The position numbers and the translations under genes were made by a program. Below the pieces are notes generated by a model. It saw nothing but the letters and a program-made list of their open reading frames with translations. It ran no database searches and was not told the origin of the DNA. Below are positions 11,096 to 22,597 of a stretch of DNA of 46,699 nt, piece by piece (the stretch's first letter is position 1; every line of letters starts with the position of its first letter). The DNA comes from Neophaeotheca triangularis (lineage: Eukaryota): NCBI GenBank assembly GCA_054600435.1, contig BAAIJX010000097.1, positions 1 to 46,699 of the forward strand, given 5' to 3'.

Positions 11096-12528
11096 TTACT
11101 TCCTCTGACCGTACGCCTTGGTAGCGTAGTCACCCTTGTGCACAATCAAGTCCTGAGGCCTGTAGTCCTCCCTGCCGCTGAAGTAAGAGTCGAGGATGTT
11201 CTTGACACCGGCGGCGTAGCGCTGCTGGGCGTCGATCGAGGTACCGGACATGTGGGGGGTCATGGCGTTGCCGCCGCCCCAGGTGCTGTAGGAGGCGGTG
11301 CGGAGAGGGTGGTCGGCGGGGGCGGGTTGAGGGAACCAGACGTCACCACCGTAGCCACGGAGCTGACCGGACTTGAGGGCGTCGGCGACATCCTCCTTGA
11401 CGACGATGGCGCCACGGGCGGTGTTGACGAGCCATGAGCCTAGTGGTACTACTGTCAGCTTGCTGCTTGCGCGCGCGACGGGAGGTGATTGCATGGCTTA
11501 CCCTTCTTCATCTTGCTGATGAGCTCCTTGTTGAACAGACCGCGGGTCTTCTCGTGGAGAGGGCAGTTGATAGTGACAACGTCACACTGGGACAGCATCT
11601 CCTCGAGGTTCTCAACTCTGCGGCAGCCAATCTCCTTCTCGACGGCGGGGTCCAATGGCTGGTAGTCGTAGTAGAGGAGCTCCTTGCAGTCAAATGCTTT
11701 CAGGCGGCGGAGCACACGCTCACCGATGCGGCCAACGGCGACGGTACCGACAACCTTGTCCTCGAGGTCGTACTCGTTCTTCGCAACGGCGGCGACGTTC
11801 CAGTCACCGCTGGCAACCTGCTCGTGAGCGGGGACGAAGTTGCGGACGAGGACGAGCATGGTCATGATGACGTGCTCAGCGACGGAGACGACGTTGGAGC
11901 CAGTGACCTCAGCGACGGTGATACCGCCGTTGGTCTTGTTGGCGGCGTTCAAGTCAACGTGGTCAGAACCGATACCAGCGGTAACGGCGATCTTGAGGTT
12001 CTTGGCCTTGGCCAGACGCTCAGCGGTCAGGTAACCAGGGTGGAAGCTATAAAAGCAAGTCAGTAAACGGCCTATTTTGTGGCGAAAGCGGCCTTTAGGC
12101 GTGAGGACTTACGGAGTGGTGATGATGACTTCGGCGTCAACAAGCTCCTGGTCGAACTTGCTGTTCTCGGTGTCCTTGTCGGAAGTGGTGACAAGAGTGT
12201 GGCCCTGGTCCTCGAGCCACTTGCGGATACCGAGCTCGTTCTCAGTGGTACCGAGCATGCGAGGCTCCTGCTGGGCGTGCTCCTTGCCCTGTGAAAAGTT
12301 GTTAGCATCCAATGCTTTACCAATGATTTCGGCGATGATGTTGCCACCACTTACATCGTAGAGGACGAGCAGAACCTTGCCCTGTCGGGAAGAAGTCGCA
12401 GTCAGCGTGCGAACACCACCCATCCTCTGGGCAGCGAAAGCCCCGCGCGGGGTGAGGTTGGCGGCGCGCTGGCTGAGCAGCGAGCTCGCCGGGCGGGAAA
12501 GGCGAAGAGCAGAGCGAGTGAATACCAT
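11096..12528 (-). CDS. fdh: NAD-dependent formate dehydrogenase; exons 12528-12526, 12381-12355, 12288-12113, 12046-11502, 11439-11096
   Basis: The spliced product reads [30 protein letters not shown]...[16 protein letters not shown]...AGIGSDHVD...[10 protein letters not shown]...VGRIG...INCPLH...VNTARG...GDVWFPQP...PHMSGT, the FDH signature throughout. All introns are canonical GT-AG with branch sites. Confidence 0.97.
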
Positions 12529-12554
12529 TTTGATAGAGTGGAGAGTGTTGAAGC

Positions 12555-12620
12555 GATTGCTAGGGAAGAGAGAAGAGAGAGGACGTAGCGAGAAAGAGGC
12601 TCGTCGAGGTTTATAAGTAA
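12555..12620 (-). promoter_or_regulatory. Candidate fdh core promoter: TATA-like TTATAAA plus CT-rich tract
   Basis: Minus-strand TTATAAA at about 12616-12610, roughly 85 nt upstream of the ATG, followed by CTCTCTTCTCTTCCC. Confidence 0.5.
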
Positions 12621-15578
12621 GGTTCCTAGGACGTAGCTCGAGCTGCTGGAAGCTCTATCATAATTGCGTTAGCGCCGTCTCGTCCCCATGCAGCGCCGAG
12701 CCAAACAAGGTTGGCCAGTAGTGCGGACGACGGATGTTATAATCCGGGAAATGCGGGGATCACACTTACCGTCGCTGCTTCGGGAATGTGTAGTCGGCGG
12801 CTTGCTGTGCTTTGTCTGAGAGCTCTTGATCGAGGATGAGTACAGAAAAACGGAAAGTCAGGAAGTAGAAGCTGGTCTTCGCCTCTACTTATGTTTCCAT
12901 CGTGGAGCTGGGAGCTGTTCAAGCTGTGAAGCTCCTTCCAGCCGATCAACTCGGTGTAACGGCTCTACAATACTTCATCGCTACGTACTTACTGAAGTCT
13001 GCGTGTCCACCAGTCGAACCAGTGCGGCGTCGGTCTGGTTCTGCACTCCACCTGCCCTACCTGCTACACGCACGGTCTCGGTTGCGGCGCGGGAATGGGG
13101 ACCACACCCTCTGGCCCCCCACTCGCCTTGGATATCCATGTCCAACACCAGCATTGCCTAAAAGGTGCAGTTCAAGACCGCTTGCATCGCGGATCCAGCG
13201 GGCAAGGCGGGGCAAAGCGCTCTCGAACGTGGACGCGTCGGCACAAGTCACGCGAGATCCTTCACAGCAGCAGCCGATAGTACCATGATCGAGACCACCG
13301 AGACCACCGAGGAGCCAGTTCTGGGTGGTGCTTATGGAAGCGCGCGGCGAGAAAGCGCCTCTTTGCGGGATGCGGATGTATTGCGGACGGACGACTTTGG
13401 CTAGACTGCAAGCTCGGCGGCGTCGGGAAACGGCAATTGCTAGATCTGTAGCGTGAGCAGCAAAGGCCAAGTCTGGAGAAAGCTACAAGCTTCGAGCTGT
13501 CTGAACCCTGTCAAGAGCTCCAAAAGAGGGGCTGCCAGGTACGAACCTTGAGGCCTCTTTTTTTTTGTGTTTATTGATGCTCGAGAAAGAGACAAGTAGG
13601 CAGCGTATTCACGTCGCCATGGTAGTCCACTCCGAGGAAAGCTCGAGCTCAAGTCATTGATGAGGTAGGCAGAATCATTATTTCTGTCAAAATCCTGGCG
13701 TTGTCAGTCGCGCGAAAGAACATCCACGGAGATGTAAGCTAGAAATTGCCGGGAGAGAGTTGCCCTTTCGAGCGACAGATTCCAGACGGCGAGGTCGAGA
13801 AGCGCCTGTACATAGATGATTGCACGGCCGCCGCATCTTCGTTGTAGGGTACGAGACTCGTACGCAAGAGATAGAATGCAAGAATAGCGAGACCTCTGCA
13901 CCGCGCGCGATGCACGCCGGTAGCATTGGAACCCAGCGATCTTCAGTCGACTAGAGCTTGCATTCACCTTCAGACGAGTCAAACGAGGATTTTTGCGAGC
14001 TCCAGCAGTCTGAATGGAGAACATCGCGAGGACGTCTAGGTCTCGACAAGCCAATTCTTGACGGAAGCTCACGATTGGGAATCCAAGTCGCCTTTGTCAG
14101 GACGGACGATCGAGCCGGTCGTTGGAGAGCAAGGACAATCGTCACAAGAGACTCCCACGAAAGTATGGCTCGCGGTATACCCTCAGCAAGGAAACATTGG
14201 ACAGTTTGCACTCGCAGTAACCCGCAAGACGAAGTGCAAAGCTGGGCATAGGTGCCAGAGCTGTCGCCACGCATACCGACCAGCATGCCTCCGGCATTCC
14301 GTTTGCGACTGTGATCGCGAATTGTGCCTTGGTCGATTTCTCGAACAAGGCAAACCTGGAAACCCCACGGTCATAGCCCGGGCGGTTTGGAGAACACATG
14401 AGTCGAGCCTGCTAGCACCTTCGTTGCGCCATTGCAAGTGGCAGGCCATTCGGTCACAGGAGCGGAGGCAGCGGCATTCACCGTAGCGATACTGTAACGT
14501 CGTCGAACGCTTGCAAACGAGACGCAGCCGATCAAAAAGCAGCCGACGCAGAGTTAGCGAAGTCGGAAGTTCCAGGTAGGCGGACACTCGACATTACTAG
14601 AACAGCTGACCAGGAAGAGAAGCAGCCTGCGCATTGCAATCGAATACCTTGCGTTAGACCTCTGGCCGTCATACAGAAAGTCCGTTACCCAGGAAGCCCG
14701 TTAACCCAGAGAGGCCGTCACCCAGATGAGCTGGCGAGAAAAGACCGCGCCAGCGCCTCCTATGTACTTTTAGGCGAGAGGCATCGCCGTGCCAGCCGGG
14801 AAGAGACAAACGTAAACCCACAAGCAAAAAGCTCCAAGACCGTTGGAATGCGTCGCAGTGGGAATGATATTTGGCAGGCAGCAGAGAGGCGGATGCATTG
14901 AGGTAAGTGACACCCCAGCTACCAACCACCAGGTAAGCAGCACGTTATTGCCCTACAGAAGGCTGCGACTGTTGTCCTTTTGGGGACGGCGATTCTTCGA
15001 ACACGCCCGCTATTGAACGTTGCGTGAGAAGATGAAAGATTCGCGAGGCCGCAAAGGTGAGGTTGTGAGAAGGATTCACTCTTACGCACAATCTGGGAAG
15101 GTACAGTATTACGGTGAAGAAGGCACAAGGCAAAAGTCGATCTAACTCGATTAGGCAATCCCTACTTTACCTCTCTCTCTTGCAACCATGAGCGACGACG
15201 AGCGACTCTTCAAATGTTGTGCCACGGTCCTCTGGAAAGCGACAGCTCAATCCAAGGTCAATTCAAGATATCACGAGGAAAGAAGAAAGAGCAGGAATTG
15301 AAATACCCGCGATCACTTTGGCCACTTGCCCGAAACTGGGCGGATCACGCTCGAGCACTTCTTGTGCTTTGACGCCGCCCAGGTAGCTCGTTGCGAACGT
15401 ATGAGGCACTATATGAGTAGGGCATAGCAGATGACTCATGTACCTTACGCGCCTTCGGATTGATAAAGACTTCAGCCGGTGACCTAGCCGATAAACAGAG
15501 CGAGCCAGGTGTGTGCGCCGGTACATCAGACGCCCGCGGTGCGCTAGCAAATGGCATTCACTCCCGAGCCTCGCCCAT

Positions 15579-16830
15579 CTATAGCGTCTCGACTCCGGTA
15601 TTCACGAAACGCACGTACGCAGGACAATCCCGCACATTGAGCGCCAGATAGCCGCCTACTTTCCCCATTCTGCTTTCTTGGCAAGAGTAGAAGACGTTGC
15701 CGGCATGGACCGCGACGTCGCCGAGCGTGGAAGTGCACGAAGAGGGGCAGTCTTCGGTGTAGTAGACTTCGAGAGCGCAGTTGAGAGAGTGCTGTCGAGG
15801 TTTATGTTAGCTTTGCAAGTTAGGTAGCATGTGGAGCGCTATGTGCTACTTACGCCGGCGGACCATGTGCCTCCCTGTTCGCCGTGCGGGACTCTTTGGG
15901 TGGGGGACTTGTTCGATGGTCCGAAGGCATGCATGCAGTCGTCGATGGAGGGAGAGCCGCTGGAGATTTCGCACGTCGTGGTGCCGGGAGCTGGCACGTA
16001 TACTTGTCGCACTGCGGTCCCAGGGACCAAGATGTCGGGTATTGTTGCGGCACTGACGTTGAGCGCTGGCCAATACCAAGTGGGGTAGTTCGGGAGAGGT
16101 AGTATGTCGCTGTATACCACGTCCGAGTCGTTGACGGTGCCATCACTGTCGGGCCTAGTGTCCTCCAGTTCCCAGGATTGCACGAGGAGCTGGGCGCTTG
16201 GCTGAGTATTCTCGCGCGCTTGGTTTTCCGCTCTCAATAGCTTTGGGTCGCACATGCTGAGATATCGGGGATACATGCCCAGACGCTGTTCCATCCACAT
16301 CGACATGGCGAAGTAAGCGTAGTTGTCGTGGTCCAGGCGGCCCTGAAGGGATCTCTGTTGGCGAGGGAAATTGCTCTGCCAGCCTTGTAAGTGTACACAG
16401 ACTCTATCCCGCCATTGATCATTTGCGCGGTGCTGTTGCACCCACCGCGGCAGCATTCGGCGGGTGCGTTCTTGATATGGAGCCACTCATGCAGGGCAGT
16501 CGTCGCCTGGCTGCGTAAATTGCGCACATTCTCTTTCATCAGCCCGGATGGGTCGTCTCCGATCTGCTTCACTTTCACGCTGTGTGATTCCAGTTCTTCG
16601 AGGAACTCTGGGCAGTAATTGATTACACATCCGGGGTTGTGATTGTATGCTGGAGTTTCCTCATCACAAACCTTTACAAGCCATCCAGGAACTCTAATAA
16701 ACTCCTGAATTAGCGCAGCCTCGTTGTTGTCTGCTGTGCTCAGTAGAGCATCATGACCATCATCCATTCTTTAAGTAGCTGTCCACAGCCTCCACAGGGC
16801 TGTAGGAAGGCGTAAGCCAGTAGCAGAGCT
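15579..16830 (-). pseudogene. Frameshifted zincin-like (HEXXH, M35/deuterolysin-like) gene with a C-terminal Cys-rich Ecp2/Hce2-like domain
   Basis: INYCPEF...ATTALHEWLHI...AAW/(x)HDNYAYFA is broken by a 1-nt frameshift at about 16332. A phase-0 intron at 15853-15792 (GTAAGT..CTAAC..CAG) joins a last exon HSLNCALEVYY...DVAVHAGNVFYSC...GKVGG...CPAYVRF* (stop 15581-15579). The 5' end is fragmented and may extend to about 17250. Confidence 0.6.
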
Positions 16831-18316
16831 CAAGGTAGGTGGGAGCTTCTGGTAAATGCCTTGATGCTTGAATAAGTTTTGGGAAGATCGTTGTATTGCA
16901 TCGACCGGGTGTATTTGAGTAGTGTCGTGAAAGTGTTGAGCTCGGACAGTATCCTGGCAACCTGTTTTTGTTCACTTGTACGCACGATGGGCTCCATGCT
17001 GCGGCTGTTGCAAGGCGGCGAATGCCTGCTTAGACATGTGGTACGAGCCTTGACATTCATTCAAGGCGCCGAGGGTGCTGAGCTGGTACCGATCAGGGAT
17101 GATCAAGCCTCCCTTCTCAGTAGCAGATCCTATGTGGTTTATGGCACTCCAAGGCTGGCGAGGCTGAATGTCAGCACACTCACGGAACATCTTTTTGATA
17201 GCTGCCTTGAGACCCCGGCTGCTTTCACAATTCGCAAGGAGTCTGGATGTTAGCACGGGCCCTCCAACAATGTTCCCCCTGCTGATACCTACACGCCTCC
17301 TCCAATGTAGAGTTTTCGTTGCTATCGCACACGTGCAAATTTGCTAGCGATCGCCTCAGCTCACCGATCGTTTTGTTCTAGCAGTTGCTCCTACGAATAG
17401 CTCCATTCGTACATCTGTTGGCCAGTGGCAGCAGCAGCGACCATGTCGCACGACACTGGCTCGACTGGACCATACGGGGATCGGAGACTGAGCGGTGGAC
17501 TTCCATCCCAATGGCGATGTTCTTTTGTCTTCAATGAGACATTAAACATCTAACAGTAGATGATGTTGGCCTCGGACTTCCTGAATCCTGTCTACGGCTT
17601 TTCGGCACCAAAGCCAAGACCCTTCCGTTGGACGTCGTGTGTCGAGAGGGTTGGCAAAATGATATCTGTCCATCCACGTCGATGCAAGCCTTATAATCTT
17701 TCGTGACATTTCTGGTTGCGTTCCTCCTCAACACCCGATTGACTTGCAGCAAAATGCCAATGGAATATCGCTTCGTAATGACCGAAGTTGCCAACATCAC
17801 TTCGAACAATACCACGGGCACCAATCCACCCAATCCGGACGACTGGGCAGCAGTGGTAGCCCATCCCGGGCTACAAATACTCATCGCATACCTCATCATT
17901 ATGGCTTTCGAGCGCTTGATTCCGCTGGAGCCACTGACGGTGCATGCCTGGAGTGTGTTACTGAAGGGACTGCTTGCTGCTACGGCGTGGCCCAGGGTCA
18001 CTGAGAGGATGTGGCCTAGTCATGCTTGAACAACAGCGACTGCATTAGATGTGCGCGATAGGCTTAACAGTGAACAGGACGGATTGCTTCAAGTACGACT
18101 TGCCTTTGCTCCACAACCTACGACCTTGTCACCATTTCTTGACCAGACCATCAGGAGGTGCGGTCTCATTGTGTGGCTCAGTCACGGCAGCTGCGACGCC
18201 ACGACGCCGATCTCTCCCCACCTTTACAAGCACCAATTGTCCGCATACCGCGAAACGACAAGAGACGTCGGCGCAATCGACTGCGCAATCTGACGGCCAA
18301 GCAACATCCGCCCAGC

Positions 18317-18955
18317 ATGTCGTCCTACCTCTCTAACATCCTCACAAACACCACCAGCAAATATGCCTCGATCCGGCGCACACTCCTCAACAACGAGGAC
18401 GACGGCGACACCGAAGACGACTCCCACATCTCCCGCGTGCTCAGAGCCTACTATACCGAAAAGCACCGCGAATTCCCACCCTGGCTCCCACCAGACCCTA
18501 ATGATAGAAGAGCCACGACTCCACAGCCCTCACAAAGCGGCTATGGGTATGGTCAACCCGGCGGCTACGGCCAGCAGCACCAGCAGCAAGGCTACTTTAA
18601 CAACAGCGGCACCCGGCCAGCAGCCGTGCAGCAATCGACCAAAAACACTCTAAACGACCTCTGGGATACTCCTTCCGCCGCGCAACCAATACAGAGCGCG
18701 GCCCCCCAGAGTCTCCGCAACTCGGCACGCAGTCGCACACCACAACCTGCGAGTTCTTTGGCTCCGCCGCCGCAGGCTAGACCCTTGCCCAGTCAGCGCG
18801 CTGGATCGTATCAAAGTGTGCAGCCACAGCAGCAACAGTCTCCTTCGAGGCCCGGGTCAGGGGTGGGTATGCCAGGGGGTGGTGGGGGTACGGCGCAGGA
18901 GCGGTTGAAGCAGAGGCTGTGGGGTGGAAGGAGTAGTCCTGCTCCGCCTGGGTAA
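18317..18955 (+). CDS. MSO1: Mso1-like Sec1-binding exocytosis protein
   Basis: MSSYLSNILTNTTSKYASIRRTLL..EDDGDTEDDSHISRVLRAYYTEKHREFPPWLPPDP matches the Mso1 Sec1-binding region as I know it, followed by a Q/P/G-rich tail ending TAQERLKQRLWGG. Confidence 0.8.
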   Translation: MSSYLSNILTNTTSKYASIRRTLLNNEDDGDTEDDSHISRVLRAYYTEKHREFPPWLPPDPNDRRATTPQPSQSGYGYGQPGGYGQQHQQQGYFNNSGTRPAAVQQSTKNTLNDLWDTPSAAQPIQSAAPQSLRNSARSRTPQPASSLAPPPQARPLPSQRAGSYQSVQPQQQQSPSRPGSGVGMPGGGGGTAQERLKQRLWGGRSSPAPPG

Positions 18956-19603
18956 AAGGGTTGAAGCATGTATGAGGGTGGGGGATAAAATCAGCGATGG
19001 GTTATAAGAAGGTCTTGTGGGTATTAGCGTGGTGTTTTGGCGAATGAGCTGCGTATGAAGCTCTCCTTCACAACGGGTATGGACACAGACTGGTGAAAGA
19101 CGTGCAATATACATTGAGCTAGAGCTGGCGGGCAGAGCAGCATCTTACACTGCACTATATGATATGTTTTCTTGGGACAAGCGCTTCATCATCGATTGAC
19201 TGGTTGGGCTTTGTCCTCGGCGAACACTTAGATACTAGAGTCTACTCTACTGCGAACACCTTAAAATTTCGACTGCATGCTGGATGTAACGCGCTCGCCG
19301 GGAGTTATGTCTTCCAGAGTTTCCGTGTCGGTGGATGTCTTCGTCTAAGAACTATCTAGAAATATCTCGCTTGTTCGACGGGCTGCCTCTGAGAGCAGGA
19401 TTGGGACGTCACCTGCACCGCCACATTCACCCCGCGTCATCTGGTCTGGCATGTGCCTCTCTCTGGGCACCTACCTACCTTACCTATTCACTCCCCTCCA
19501 TACCAGGCAACTCCATAACAATCACCCTTCCACAACATTCGACCGATTGAACGAATGTGACCGCCTAGTACTGGCGCAGATTATTAACGTCGTCAATTCC
19601 AGC

Positions 19604-22210
19604 ATGTCAACGTCCCGCCGAACAACCTCATCCTCAGCGAACCCGCCCAGCCCTCCATCCCCCACAGCAAGCTTCTACGATGTCTCCGATGACGACGAGG
19701 GCGACTACAGCACCATCCGACACAGCAAAACGGGCAAAGGCGTCAAACTCCTTTACACAAAAAGCAAAGTCTACGTTCATCCGAGCCCACACGCCAAAGA
19801 CAATATCGCGGGCTACATTGCCTTGATCCAGCAGAAGCCGGCAGGCTCCACGAGCGATGCCTCCAGCAGCAAGGACGCCGCGCTGAGTAGCCAGGGCCTT
19901 CTTCTCGCCTGGGTACCGGAAAGCAGTCTCGGCGACGCAAGCGACATCTACACCAAAGTCGAATTGAGCGATGCCGACAGCCCCCCGAAGCAATCGTATC
20001 TCGTGCCGCCCCCGCCTGTCACCACGAGTCACAACTCAAGCTTGGGGAGCTACGCTTTTGCCGTGCCTGTAAGCGATATTTACAGCATTCTTGTGCGACC
20101 GCCGTCAGTGGGATGGTGGTTCGGGAGCTTGATTGTAAATACCAGAGCAGGGGATTCGTTCCCCGCGCTTTTCTTCCACGACTCTGAATGCCAGTCTACT
20201 ATCATGCAGCGTAAAAAGCTGCAGAGGGAGAGTTTCGATATCAGCGCTGATGGAGGGGGGATGTTCTGGGGTGGTGATGAGGTACTGAGGTGGTTGAAGC
20301 GGTATGTGACCGTGGAGCGGAGCACTCAGGAACCGAGTGTGTATCTCATCAATCCCAGCGATTCGGATAAAATTGGTTTCGGTGCGGGTGGTAAGGCATC
20401 TCCGGAGAAAGTGCGGAATGTTATGGAGGGGAAGCACAAGGATGAGCCTAGAAAGGGCAAGCAGCAGCAGAGGGATGGTGGGATGGATCCAGTTACGAAG
20501 GCTTTGAAGGAAGCGAGATGGAGCTTTTTGGAGAAGCTGAGCCAGGTCACGACCTTCACGAGACGGACGGCGGAAGCGGCGTCGCAGAATAAGAGCTTGC
20601 CGCCTCAGGTTAGAAGGCTCATGCAGAACCCGCAAGTTCAGACTGTGTCAGATGAGTTTGATTCGGCGAGGATATATCTGGCTAGGTGGGCGATGGGAAT
20701 TGCCGAGCAGTCGGAGAAGGACAAAACTTCGCGCATCTGGAGTGCGAAGGACGTGCTTGAGATGGAAGATTCCGAGGTTGGTGAGTTTGAGATTTTGGAC
20801 ATGGAGGCGCAAAACATGAGTCTTGCGGACAAGAGGAAGCCGGTAACGCTTAAGGAGTGGAATAGCTTCTTCAACTCTAAAACTGGTAGGCTGGAGAAGA
20901 CGCCTGACGAAGTCAAAGACCGGGTCTTCCATGGCGGTCTGTCTCCTGACGACGGCGTTCGAAAGGAGGCATGGCTGTTCCTCTTGGGTGTCTACGATTG
21001 GCACAGCACCAAAGATGAACGTCACGCTCACCTCAACAGCCTTCGTGACGAATACATTCGATTAAAGGGCGCTTGGTGGGAACGCATGGTCGATGAGCAG
21101 GGCACACTCGAAGAACGCGAGTGGTGGAAAGAGCAAAAGATGCGCATCGGTAAGCCCTCATCATCCCTTCGCTCCCTGTTGCACCCCTCGGCATTCGCAT
21201 TGCCACTAACAAAAACCCCCGCTGACCGCGCCTCTTCCACAATAATAGAAAAGGACGTCCACCGCACCGATCGTCACATCCCTCTCTTCTCCGGCGAAGA
21301 CATCCCCCACCCCGACCCAGACTCACCCTTCGCCGAAGCCGGCACCAACGTTCACCTCGAGCAAATGAAAGACATGCTCCTAACGTACAACGAGCACAAC
21401 CGTGATCTAGGCTACGTACAAGGCATGTCAGACCTCCTAGCACCAATTTACGCCGTCGAGCAAGACGACGCCATCGCCTTTTGGGGTTTCGCAGCCTTCA
21501 TGCAGCGCATGGAACGCAACTTCCTGCGCGACCAAAGCGGCATGCGGCTGCAACTGCTGACTCTCGACCACCTCGTCCAATTCCTTGACCCCGAGCTCTA
21601 CACCCACCTGGCAAAAGTCGACAGCACCAACTTCTTCTTCTTCTTCCGCATGCTGCTCGTCTGGTTCAAACGCGAATTCGACTGGCTATCCATCCTCCGC
21701 CTATGGGAAAGCCTATGGACCGACCACTACAGTTCCAATTTCCACTTATTCATCGCCATGGCCATTTTGGAAAAACACCGCGATGTCATCATGACGCATC
21801 TCAAGGGCTTCGACGAGGTTCTCAAGTACGTGAATGAGCTGAGCGGGAGCATCGATTTGCAGAGCACGCTTGTCAAGGCTGAGGTGCTTTTCAAGCGCTT
21901 CAGGCGCAGTGTCGAGGCTATTGACAAGAAGGGGAATTTCCCCGTTTTGGGGGTTAGGCAGCGATTGCCGCCGCCGCCGGGGACGGGCCCATCTTCGCCC
22001 GGCGCCGATGGTAGGCCCAAGAGGAATGCGACCGGTAGCGAGGTTTCTTCTGTGTCGGGTAGGGAGCAAAGGCCTGGGGAACAGACCAAGGTTGACGCTG
22101 CGGAGCAGAGGCAGCAGGTTGTCAGTCCCGAGTTGAGGGCGCTGTTGCTTCGCGAGGTGCAGGTTCTGGATAAGACGGAAGTCCGCGAGCATGGTGGTGG
22201 GGTTGGGTAG
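19604..22210 (+). CDS. GYP7: Rab GTPase-activating protein Gyp7 (TBC domain); intron 21150-21248
   Basis: VKLLYTKSKVYVHP, FPALFFHDSEC, FWGGDE, EFDSARIYLARWA, VFHGGL, RKEAWLFLLGVY; TBC arginine finger IEKDVHRTDR after splicing and glutamine finger YVQGMSDL. Confidence 0.95.
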   Translation: MSTSRRTTSSSANPPSPPSPTASFYDVSDDDEGDYSTIRHSKTGKGVKLLYTKSKVYVHPSPHAKDNIAGYIALIQQKPAGSTSDASSSKDAALSSQGLLLAWVPESSLGDASDIYTKVELSDADSPPKQSYLVPPPPVTTSHNSSLGSYAFAVPVSDIYSILVRPPSVGWWFGSLIVNTRAGDSFPALFFHDSECQSTIMQRKKLQRESFDISADGGGMFWGGDEVLRWLKRYVTVERSTQEPSVYLINPSDSDKIGFGAGGKASPEKVRNVMEGKHKDEPRKGKQQQRDGGMDPVTKALKEARWSFLEKLSQVTTFTRRTAEAASQNKSLPPQVRRLMQNPQVQTVSDEFDSARIYLARWAMGIAEQSEKDKTSRIWSAKDVLEMEDSEVGEFEILDMEAQNMSLADKRKPVTLKEWNSFFNSKTGRLEKTPDEVKDRVFHGGLSPDDGVRKEAWLFLLGVYDWHSTKDERHAHLNSLRDEYIRLKGAWWERMVDEQGTLEEREWWKEQKMRIGKPSSSLRSLLHPSAFALPLTKTPADRASSTIIEKDVHRTDRHIPLFSGEDIPHPDPDSPFAEAGTNVHLEQMKDMLLTYNEHNRDLGYVQGMSDLLAPIYAVEQDDAIAFWGFAAFMQRMERNFLRDQSGMRLQLLTLDHLVQFLDPELYTHLAKVDSTNFFFFFRMLLVWFKREFDWLSILRLWESLWTDHYSSNFHLFIAMAILEKHRDVIMTHLKGFDEVLKYVNELSGSIDLQSTLVKAEVLFKRFRRSVEAIDKKGNFPVLGVRQRLPPPPGTGPSSPGADGRPKRNATGSEVSSVSGREQRPGEQTKVDAAEQRQQVVSPELRALLLREVQVLDKTEVREHGGGVG

Positions 22211-22597
22211 GCGGTGGATCTGGTTTGCAGGGCTGGTGTTTTTGATATCCGAGGGAGTTAATTGTCGTTTGGCGCTGATGAGAATGGGACGTGGGGGCGT
22301 TTATAGCAGGTCTGACTGGGAGGGGTTGGCGTTGTTGGGCTTCATGGCATGAGGCGCTTGTGAATGCCAACGATTAATGACTTGTTATGTTGTTCTTTTC
22401 GAGACACGGAAGCGTAAGACGTAAGAACCATACTGCTTGTGAAGGAAGTTGGCATAGCATCACCGTTAACATTTGGTCTCCGGGTATTTTATCGTATACA
22501 GTTGACCTTCCGCAACAGCCCAGAAAGCAAGCCTTAGTGAAAACTTACGTATCTCCATCCTCCACAACTACCTACAACCCTACCACCCCTATCCCCT

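Noticed and set aside
11081..12361. Plus-strand ORFs up to 210 aa
   Set aside because: Antisense shadows of the strongly codon-biased fdh gene.
17531..18029. Overlapping 108-156 aa ORFs, one with hydrophobic stretches
   Set aside because: No recognisable family and a non-ATG or fragmentary start; I cannot support a call, though it could be a remnant.
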